Assembly: GCF_006345805.1 (NCBI RefSeq) | Contig: NC_043000.1 | Location: forward strand, 43,710,001 to 43,774,000 | Origin: Octopus sinensis | Lineage: Eukaryota | Reading direction: 5' to 3' | Length of the DNA stretch: 64,000 nt | In this document: one piece after another, positions 53,600 to 64,000 of the stretch | How the letters are laid out: the number at the start of each line of letters is the position of its first letter | Numbering within the stretch: position 1 is the first letter of the stretch | Position numbers and translations under genes: made by a program | The notes under the pieces: model-generated | Told to the model about the DNA's origin: nothing | Database searches by the model: none | Seen by the model: only the letters and a program-made list of their open reading frames with translations

Positions 53600-54041
53600 G
53601 TATTTTTGTTATTTTTTATTTGCCCTGTTCGTGTGAGCTAACAATCGTACTGACTTTCATAGGAAACATGTATTTTTGTGGTTGAAACCTTTTGGATTTT
53701 CTAGTGCTAGAATGAGCCACATAGTGACCATTCTCTTATATTTATTTTTGTATAAAATATTATAATATATTATAAAATATTATAATAATCCAGGTTTCTC
53801 GAGGCACTGGGCCACTTGGTGTTGAATAGATATGCTATTAAATTAGTATCTAATTCTCTCACCCTTATTAATTAATTATAATTATGCTACATTTATTTCT
53901 AAATGTAGTATTTGTTTCCGTGAAAGTTTGGCGCACTGTTGGTAAGGGCATTTGAATTATAACGTCGGATGTAATCAATTGAACCACACGTGTATTTATC
54001 GTTATGGTAAAATCTTGCGTGTGATTGAATGGATTTCATCC

Positions 54042-54134
54042 AGATAGTTTTGGCTGAGGAGCTACAAGTGGGTTTTTTGTAAGTAAATTTACATTTAATT
54101 CATTAATAGCGAAACAATTGTCCCAAAATAATCT
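54042..54134 (+). ncRNA. Type I hammerhead ribozyme copy 5 (cleavage after 54122)
   Basis: Core intact. Confidence 0.88.
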
Positions 54135-54282
54135 GTATTTTTGTTATTTTTTATTTGCCCTGTTCGTGTGAGCTAACAATCGTACTGACTTTCATAGGAA
54201 ACATGTATTTTTGTGGTTGAAACCTTTTGGATTTTCTAGTGCTAGAATGAGCCACATAGTGACCATTCTCTTATATTTAGTA

Positions 54283-54321
<39 letters not shown>

Positions 54322-56404
54322 CTGCTAAGTAAGATCGACAACATTATACGTACTACATCCAGAAAGAGATGAATATCATTTGATATAGCGTGTATGAAGA
54401 TATGAGCTACCAATAGTTTCTCTTCCATTGGAGACGCAGTGCCTAGGCTGGTTTTGTATGACATGATTTCTGTTTTCGAACAATCTTGAGTCTTCTGAGT
54501 GCATGATGTTTTCAGTTTACCAAACAGGAGATTCATAAAAGAGAAATGGTGAGAGAAATACAGGAAGATAGAAAAAGTGGGCGGCTTAATGAAAACGGAG
54601 CATGAAAGAACAGAAAGAGAAGTAGACATACGTCTCCGAACATAATACAAGGTTTTATGACTTTATGGCTTTATGGTCAAATGGAGCATAACACTAATTT
54701 TCTGTAATCTTTGTTTAGTAGTTGATTGGATATGACAGAGAACTTACCTATGATCTAAATACATGTGGATCTATCATATGTTTTTGCAGGGATTTCGTGT
54801 GTTTATCTAATAGTGCATAACGTCTTATTTGAAATAACGTGTTGTAGTGTGATTAAGTTTGATATCCCGAATTTAGTGAAAAGTGACGTAAACTCCAAAT
54901 GGCGAGACCACCAAGTAAATAAATTGGCTGGTCACTCTTTAATGAATATTTCTAATCAGGAAATAGTTAAAAGACAAACGCAATGGTTTGGAAATACATG
55001 ATTTCAGCAAATAAAGAAATCGTCTTTACAACATGTTCACCATTGTTATCATTATAACAGCATTGATATGTGTAGTCCGAGAATACAATTAACTTTTCTT
55101 TATAACTGCTTTCAATGCTGAAGTATTGTTAAAAAATTGTATAATTCATCCAAAAGCATGAAACCGACATTCCCCTTGATGCTACCGGCATTATAAACAA
55201 GTATCTGGTGAAATGATCACATGCGCACCAAATATGCAAACGGAAAAAAATCGTTAATAGAAATATTTTGTTTATCCATTTCTATTCAGTCGTTGCTTCC
55301 TCCAAACGGATATTTCCTCTTGTATGAACACAAATGAGGTCAGTGAAGTCGATTTATACATATAATGTTTCTTCTCACCCTTACATATCTGAAAGTGGAA
55401 CACTATTGTTTATTTGTTTCTTTCTCATTCTTTATGTTGCTGTGTAGGTCTTCTAGAGTACAAAAGATCTGGTAACTACTTCTAATCTTCTGCATCTATG
55501 ATACTTTCTGTTTTATATTAATAATGAAAGTGAAAATCTTTCTCGTGCTCAAATCATTTTCTTTTATCAAACGAAATAGAATTACAAAATATCAAAATAA
55601 CAAGTAAAAATATAAACCCCAACAAAAACTAGAGAAATATAAGAAGAAATCGCTTAAAACTCATTCAACGAAAAGAGAGAGAAAACACATTCATATATAC
55701 ATACGTCCTGCTTTATAACGATATCTCAGACAGTTTCGTACTGCAATAAACATCATGTCAAAAGCAAATGAATATATAAATAAATATGTGTGTGCGTACA
55801 TATGCTTGTGTGTATCTATCTACTTTAGTCTCTATCTGTCTATCTATGTATCATTTAATTCTTCAAATAATCACACACATTTTAAATTTATATATACTTA
55901 CATTTATTTATATATACATACATTTATATATATATATATAAATTTAAAATGTGAGTGATTATTTCAAGAATTTAATGTTTCTGTATGAGGAATGTTGCAT
56001 TATGTACTCATTGACTCAATAGTGTCTCCCAAACCAATTCACAACTGGCGGTGTTTCACAATTGAAAGAATAAATTACCAACTATTCAATATTCATGCAC
56101 TTTCATTTTTAAATGTCATTAGTCAGTAGTAAAGCTGTGTTGCTTGTACATAATACCGCAAATACACATAATAACGCAAGTACACATAATAAAATGTCAC
56201 CCAGGAAAAGATTATGGCACTATATATGGAGGTTTTACTCTCATAAATTTACTTTTCGCATTATTTTCGCATTTTTGAACGAGAAACCAATTTATTTATG
56301 CTAGTGTGCAATATGACGAAGCCATTTATACTCCAACGTACTTCTTTCAATGAATTTCTTATCACGGATCAGTACATTACACACATATATATATATATAT
56401 ATAT

Positions 56405-56545
56405 ATGGCTGTGTTGTAAGTGGCCTGTTTACCAACTACATAGTTCTGCGTTCTGTCCCACTGCGTGGAACCTTGGGCAAATGTCTTCTAATATAGCCTC
56501 GGGCCAACCAAAACCTTGTGCCGGAAACTAAACTGAAAAAAGGTC
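56405..56545 (+). mobile_element. SINE 5' half (family of 31893-32285)
   Basis: TGGCTGTGTTGTAAG..CACTGCGTGGAACCTTGGGCAAATGTCTTCT. Confidence 0.8.
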
Positions 56546-56786
56546 TTTATATATACATACGTACATAGAAAAATACAGTGTACATTTAAACACATAAGAG
56601 ATGACCAGTAATAGGATAACTGACTCACTACAAAAAGCAGTTAAAACTCCAAGCCACTAATTATTTTCAATTCTGAAAGAGAATGAAAAATAAAAACATT
56701 TACCCTATTTTTCCATGACTATGCCTCATTCCTGCAATGTTATATAAAGTTTAATTTCCATCTGTCGTTGCTTCATCAGCAGGATA

Positions 56787-56958
56787 CCAGGGATCATATA
56801 TAGGAACGAGGCAATAAGTAACAGGCCTAATTTCGAAAGAAAATCGGCAATATATTTACTGCCGGATAGTTCCACATTTGCGCTGACGATTCGAAAAATT
56901 ATAACATATAGGCACGAGGCATGTTACTTATTGCCTCGTCTCCATATGTGATCACTGG
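56787..56958. mobile_element. 172-bp MITE-like element
   Basis: About 42-bp imperfect TIRs: CCAGGGATCATATATAGGAACGAGGCAATAAGTAACAGGCCT versus its reverse complement at the right end. TA on the left, CA on the right. Confidence 0.65.
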
Positions 56959-58853
56959 CAACGCCAGATGTAATTTAAAATTATTTGTATGTGTGCCTGT
57001 ATATAAATAGGTATGTACACCAGCCTTTCAAATGTTTACACCAACGTTTAATAATACCCGGGAGTTTAAATGGCCTTGCCATGTTGCACACAAACAAATT
57101 TTACATATATTCAGTTGCTTTAGTTCGGGATCCTCTGTGAGTGGATATGTGTTTTCTTGCTTAAATACTGCCTCAAATTATTGCACCTCAATTATAGGAG
57201 AGCTTTCCGTGGGCATTCTACTATAAAACTATCACTACGTCTACTTTCACAGAAATGTTTTCATGTTAAGCATATATGCCTGTGTGTTTATTTTCTCGAA
57301 TCTGTTCTTTATATTCTATTTATTTCTTTATGAATATATTTCTCGATATTTCTCACACATAAGAAATGGATGCACGCTACGTTATCTACTTTAGCTCGAC
57401 TAAATGATGGCTGTGAGCCAAAAATGTTATCTTGAAGAGATGACAATTTTGGAAGAATCAAACTTTTTTTTAAAGATCGATAAAAATAAAGAAAGAAATG
57501 GGAAAATAAATATTTATCATACCAACCAAAAAGAAAACATAACATTTTGGCCATGCTGAAAAGAAATCAAAAGATATTCAATGTTTTAAGCCAAAAAAAT
57601 ATATTGTAATTGCCAAGACAGTATAATTGTATTCGATCGTTGAGATATTGAGAAAAAGCTTGTTTAACTAAGACATAGAGATTAGCCACAAAGATTAAGT
57701 TATACGCCATCAAAAAGTAATTATATATATGACACATATATTGATTAATCCTTTTGTAAAGGTCAAACATTCCTAATGTCTGTGAATGACACATATATGT
57801 GAGTTTGTATTTAAATGCTTATTGCAATTCATTTATAGACTGGTTTAACATTTCTGGAGATATTATTATATGTATGACATTAAGAATGTAATTTTGGTGC
57901 TAGATAAGGTGTAAATAAAATTAAACTGGAATATGTATGTAACGAATGCTTGAAGGCTTTAGAAACGCTTGTCTATACCTTTGATTCTTTATAATATGTA
58001 ATAGATATTGAACAGAGCAGGCGGAATATATCACTTTGTGATTATCAAAACATTTATCTTTTAGACAAAGTTTTCGATAATTTTGTTTTAAATCTAGGCA
58101 TGTATATGGTGATAAAAACTAGTTTTCGGATATTTCATGTGGAGAATGTTCATCAGATCGATGCATATTTAAGAGCTGGCTGCAACAATATCGAAAAACA
58201 GTTTGGTATATCAATGTATATTGCTACACAGCAATATTCATAGTAAAATTGCTATGAAATTGCTAGGATGGTAAAATTGCTATGATAGTAAAATATCTAT
58301 GGAAATGCTAGTTGTACACGTGCGATTCAACATATTTTGCTTTTTGATAAATTCTATGGTTAGATTTACTGTTAATGAAACCGGACCTCCTTCTTATAAA
58401 GTTTTATAACAAAATAAAATTAATTTCGCTATATATGGCTTTTAGTAAAATACTTCGGTTACTTTCATACTGCCAGAAGAATGAATGCACAAGTTCCTTA
58501 TCGGATATCTCATAATAGATTATATTATTGTCGCGCATGATTAGATTTAAGCTGCAGCTATATTTGATATAATACAACTAGAACTGAATTTATCCATTGT
58601 CTGTCGAGACACTTAATAAGATGAGTATCTAATCCCCTCACAGTAAATACCGCTCACTCGTCCTTTTATAATTGGACATTTTAGACATAAATAGATGTAA
58701 TATATTCAGTAATTTTTGGGGATCTTTTATAAAGCTGCTGACAAATAATAGAGATTTTAGGAAGTATATCAAAAACAATTCAACATACTTTTTTAAGTAT
58801 AGATGAACATATATATTTCTGGAACTGTTTGAATGAAATTCAAGTAGAGCTAA

Positions 58854-59596
58854 TTCAAAGTCGATCTTACTTGACTGAAGAGTTTCTTTAGCCTGAGACG
58901 CCAGTGTTTCTCCTTTTCCTACCCACTTTCTTCGGTTTGACATTTGTATAGATAACCTATTTTTCATCACCAATCACTATTCGGTTAAAAAAAGGTTCAT
59001 TCGTGAGATGTAACAGCAAAGAAGAGCACACATTCACTCTCTGCACGCCACTAGACTCGGAAGGTTTGTGAGGAACACAGTGACCCAATCTAATGACTTT
59101 TCCGATGGCATGCAGGTATCGATCAATGGTTGGACGACCAGATCCAAGCTTCTTTGCAAGTTCCTCAACAGTTATGGTGGGATTTTATTCCACCAGTTTT
59201 TGGAGGATGGCCTCGTCGAACTCTACAGATAATCTAGAACGAGGCGTGCCCTCTAGGCTATAGCTTCCGGCTCTGAATTTCTGGAGCCGCCGCTGTCACT
59301 GTCTTTCGCTTATTGTCCTATCCTCATATATTTCTCGCACTTTTTGTTGCGTTGTTACCATTGTTGAACTCATAAAGTAAAATACGCCGAATACACTCTT
59401 TTGTCATTTCTATTATAGCTTTAAAAGACTAACTTAAAATCGAACTGCACTCTTCAACACTTACACTAAGAATAAGGAAATGGTAAAATTACTACCTGGT
59501 CTTACATCAACTTGATGCATTTATTTTATCGCATCTCTCACTGACTTTTAGTCCATGTCATTGAAAAAACTGCATTATTTATGGGATGACCCAATA
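58854..59596 (-). mobile_element. mariner transposon 5' half with TIR
   Basis: TATTGGGTCATCCCATAAATAATGC TIR; MTKECIRRILLYEFNNG..QKFRAG..VPHK..NEPFFNRIVIGDEK; several stops. Confidence 0.88.
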
Positions 59597-59598
59597 TA

Positions 59599-59885
59599 TA
59601 CAGGATGCAATGGGTAAGTTTCTGCCATTTTATATTTTTATTTTCATGCATTGTTTGTTTTTGGTTTTGTCGACTAAAGAGTATAGTAGGGTCAGTTGGG
59701 CACCATCTGTGAGAAAAACAGCACAATGATAATTCACTCTAACAGAGATTTGGAAGCGACAAGCTGTATTGCTTGGCATTCACGCCAGAAGCTCCAATAC
59801 AAATATTTCAGAGTTTGGGGGTGTCAATCTGAGGAGAGTGCAGAGAATCGGGAAAGAGTTCCGGCAGCTCGGAAAACTCACTATG
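59599..59885 (+). mobile_element. 5' fragment of a second Tc1/mariner-superfamily (maT-like) element
   Basis: TA|CAGGATG terminus and an HTH-like LLGIHARSSNTNISE..GVNLRRVQRIGKE. Confidence 0.6.
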
Positions 59886-59899
59886 GATACATACTTAGA

Positions 59900-59928
59900 C
59901 ACACACAAACACACACACACACACACAT

Positions 59929-59997
<69 letters not shown>

Positions 59998-60017
59998 TAT
60001 GTATATAAAATGTATGT

Positions 60018-60067
<50 letters not shown>

Positions 60068-60090
60068 TTCTGCGTATACATGTATATATA
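59900..60090. repeat. (CA)n/(TA)n/(TG)n microsatellite
   Basis: Directly visible. Confidence 0.95.
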
Positions 60091-63000
60091 ACCTGATCTC
60101 CAAATAAATTGTTACTTGTTTTTATACGATTACCTAATGCTGAACAGAGATATATTTGATAATACATTGAATCCCTATTGCTGCTATCTTTCTTTTTGGT
60201 AGCGTGCGTGGTCTAGGCAAATCCATTTCATGTTTTGCATTTAAGCACAACGTTAGGTAATCATTTCAGCTTGAAATATTAAGTACTAAGTATCAAAAGA
60301 TTGTTTATTGATATTTTGTTGCTTTTAATCACTCTATTTGTGTTTTTCTTAAACTGTGGTAATTATTTGACAATTTTTAAACGCTGTGGTAGAAAAATAC
60401 ATTAGAATTGATAATTTAAGCATTTTATGAGTCTCTTGATAGTGGAATAAAATCGGTGAGAAATTATTTCTGAAAATACACATGAAGGAAATGTAATTGG
60501 TATTTCCACGTATTGTACATCTATGGAAGTGTAATTGTATTTCGTCATGTTCTCAAACTATTCCGAAATTGGGAATTTAGGGTGTTTGAAATATTAGTCT
60601 CTGCAACTGCCACGAGCACACTCAATAAACATTTAAATTTCAACGTCTTCAAAAGGTTGTTTAAAGAATCTGTTGACGCATACGTAATAAATGACCATTA
60701 TAAGATATAATTCAAATATAGGTGTTTACGGCGCTGAAGTTTGATACATACTGCATGTATGTTTATGCAGCTATTCCTAGATTTTGGCAAATATAATTTT
60801 AGTGAGGTTAGAATAACAAAGGGTAAATTAAGATAATTTTGGAAATGTGCAAAACGTTTAGGAAAATAAATAAATCTATGCAACGATGAATTCTTCAATT
60901 AGGAAGTTTTTTCTTTTATTTCTTATTTTTTCGTATTACTCATAAAACTTCTAATTATCAAAAAGTTAGATTTAACAATGAGAGATTCTGAAGAAATTTT
61001 ATGATGTAAATTTCTAATTTCCTAAGTTTTATTTTTAATGTTAATAAATTTTCAATAACAACCGGTAGCAGCAAAGCGTGTGAATGAAATAAAGATTACG
61101 ATATAAAAATTCAGCTAAGCTAACAATTTTTTTTCATGAATGGAATAATGAATTTGATTAATTATTAAAAGTAGTGATGATAGAAGAAACCTTTCATTAT
61201 TGGCAATCGTTAATCTTTGTATTAAAAATATTTAAATCATAAATTTTAAAAAAACCTGCATATCGTATATACTCTCAGTACTATAAAGATAACACTAAAT
61301 TACATTATGTCATTTTAAATGAATAACCTATCGGCGCCTGACTATTATTTTATTCTATAGCTTCTGCGATTATGAGCTCAGCTTTGTAATAGAAACCAGT
61401 AATACAATAATTAAAACTTAGAGTACTGATATTAATTATAGTATTGTCACACGAGTAAATGTGATAAATATGATCTTTAAATGATTTGCCCATAAAGAAT
61501 AAAATATTGATCATAGAATTCTTTTGACTTTCTTCTGAAACAAGAAACATCTATTTTATTCAGTTCGTTTTATATAGGAAATTAAATAAACTGGTAAATG
61601 AAATCCGATTCATTTCTGATATACATACTATCACGATATGTTATACCGGGGAGATAACACGGAATATATGTGGCATCCATATGTTCTGCTTCAAATCATA
61701 ATTATCAAAAAATGACTGAAATATAGTTGGGATTTAGGACAACCTCTAACCATCCACCATTAGCCGTGTTTTCGACTTCGAAGAGATTGTGGGAGATCCA
61801 CATCTACATCTTAAAATGATGTTCTGAATCTTACAAAAGTTTCGAGTAATCACATTAGTTGATATCATGAGTTAGGTGTATTCTAGGATACTACTTTCTG
61901 ACATTTTGAAGTAAGTTGATTTAAATTCCACATTCAAATAATGTAGATCAAGTACGTCGATATATTGTAACTTCCTCGTTTGCATTAGAGTTGCGGTATT
62001 TTCAGGCATAACTTATCTGAATGACAATGAGATAATTATGAATAGATCTCCGAAAATGTTTGAGGAGATTGTACATTCTAAGTATTAGTGAGGATTCATT
62101 TAATTAAAAAATAAGTTAGAATTGAAATTAGATATCTATGGACATGTAACTAAGGTTGTTCAAGGAAAAATAGTTTAAAACTCTGACAAGCAATCATGGG
62201 TAAAAAAAAAGACATCCCAGAATAGGCATTTCCGAGTAATATCGGTTTCAGAAGATTCTTGATATATATCCCAATGTGCACTACTTAATATTCCATTAAT
62301 GGTACTGTTATTGCATGCTGATGACATGACAGTAAATTGGCAGAAATGCTAACACGTCAGATAGAATACATTTGTAGAGTACTCTCTAAATACATGTCAT
62401 AAAATACCACCAAATTCAACATTGCACATAATGTTTTTGGAGTATATGAATAAATTAGTATTACGCCGGGTCGAGAGATTGTTTTCGTTTTCATTTTTGT
62501 AACAGCATTCCAAATGTACAAATATGATACAATGTATCACAATGTATCATCCTCAGATTTGCGATAAAACAACATAGTTGCACTGTATTGTCAACAATTT
62601 CCCCATAATTTCTATTATTACTAATCCGTTTCGTGAAACAAGTGACGGTTCTCGATTAAGATCGACGAAAACACCATCACTTCAAGTGTTCACGAAATAA
62701 ATGTCATATTTTCTAATTTCTCATCTGCGTAAGAAATTCTTGAAGTAGTCCCTTATACAGCATGTTGAATGATGTATTACTCTTTGAAGTTGTGTATCAG
62801 GCTAGGTTATTGTGTGTGGGCAAGCATTTCAATTAAGAATTTAATCTGATGATTCATTCCTGATGATTAGTCTCAAATACGCACTGTGTAGTTTATTTTT
62901 TTAACGGAAAGATTAAAATGAAACTATCAAAATTAATACTGCTTTAATTTCTTCGCTAGTAGCTGCAATATTTTAGGACGTCTGTTATTTGGGTAACTAC

Positions 63001-63264
63001 ATTAGAGTCACAAAAGGGATTTCTGCTACTTGCTCTAGTTCTTTACTTTACCAATGTATATAATGCCGAAATACGTATGACATTCTATTTCTAGAATCTA
63101 TAAAATAAGGTACTAGCTTAGCACCAATTTCACCAATGGCTGGTCGATGCCAAAATGCAACTTACTAGCCAGGTACAGTTGTGAGCAGAACCCGACACAA
63201 ACATGGACGTTTGATGACGGGTGAATCGTTACACAGTTTATAGTATACAGCCGTTCTGAAACAA

Positions 63265-63485
63265 AACGATGAGCGGGCACAATTGTTATCCCGTCGAGCA
63301 AAATGCTTATCGGACTTCCGTCCATCTTAACGTTCTGCGTTCAAATTCCGCAGCGGACGACTTTACATTCCATCATTTCTGGGTCGATAAAACTAGTACC
63401 AGTTGAGAACTGGAGTCCATGTAATCGACCTAGATCCACCCCGAAATTGCTCACCTTATGCCAAATATGAAAGCAATATAATTAT
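63265..63485 (+). mobile_element. Older tRNA-derived SINE
   Basis: CGTTCTGCGTTCAAATTCCGC B box and GGGTCGATAAAACTAGTACCAG core. Confidence 0.75.
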
Positions 63486-63929
63486 CTATGTAAAACGGCT
63501 TACGATACTGAATAAAACAGACAACATACACACGAACGCAATCCTACATGCTGTCTCAAACGCAAACGAACGTTGGCTCTGTCAAGTTTTCAATCTCTCG
63601 CCTTCTCTCTCTGAAAACCAGATAGGATACCAGCAAAAGCTAAAAGAAAAGACGAGTAATAGTAATCGCTGACTTCTCTGTAATGTAATTTATTAGGCTT
63701 TTAAAATTAACATTTCAAGGAGAAAATTTAGGTGTGGTAGAGGACGTTTCTCTGCAATTATAATGTTATGTTAATGCACAAAATATTTATTTTAAGCTAA
63801 ATTAGTTTGTTGCCAAGCCTCAGCAGAGATGCTCAACCAGCTAGATATATGTGCCAAGTTTATTCTGTAAACATAAAATAACATCATTAGAATATATAAT
63901 ATCGACTCACACATGTTCATACATAATAT

Positions 63930-63949
63930 ATACATACACACATACATAT

Positions 63950-64000
<51 letters not shown>
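63930..64000. repeat. (CA)/(TA)n microsatellite to window end
   Basis: Directly visible. Confidence 0.95.

Larger units (their letters stand above)
51230..54279. repeat. 534/535-bp tandem array with one inverted copy (retrozyme / non-autonomous Penelope-like element)
   Basis: AAAGTTTGGCG recurs at 51786, 52321, 52855, 53389 and 53923. The inverted unit spans 51230-51785, there is (TA)n on both flanks, and every unit carries a hammerhead. Confidence 0.93.

Noticed and set aside
51230-54279. CRISPR array or rDNA/5S/tRNA cluster interpretation of the tandem repeat
   Set aside because: The units are wholly repeated with no unique spacers and have no rRNA or tRNA motifs; the context is eukaryotic.
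54192-54650. 152-aa minus-strand ORF next to the array
   Set aside because: It runs through a (TA)n tract into the antisense repeat unit and has no RT or GIY-YIG motif, so it is not a partner Penelope ORF.

Overview
AT-rich, microsatellite-dense eukaryotic non-coding DNA. The SINE, LINE and microsatellite repertoire suggests a coleoid cephalopod (Octopus-like) intergenic or intronic region; this is an inference. No host protein-coding exon could be supported. The credible ORFs are transposon remnants: R4/Dong-like RLE LINEs next to (TAA)n, two RT-less Tx1/L1-like LINEs, an RTE LINE, mariner/Tc1 and Chapaev-like DNA transposons, a non-autonomous Helitron and many tRNA-derived SINEs. The standout is a ~3.05-kb array at 51230-54279 made of a 534/535-bp non-coding unit. 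It has one inverted copy plus ~4.7 direct copies, bounded by (TA)n, and each copy carries an intact type I hammerhead ribozyme with an elongated stem II and a palindromic mini stem III. This looks like a retrozyme or non-autonomous Penelope-like element. All analysis was by eye, with no database searches.
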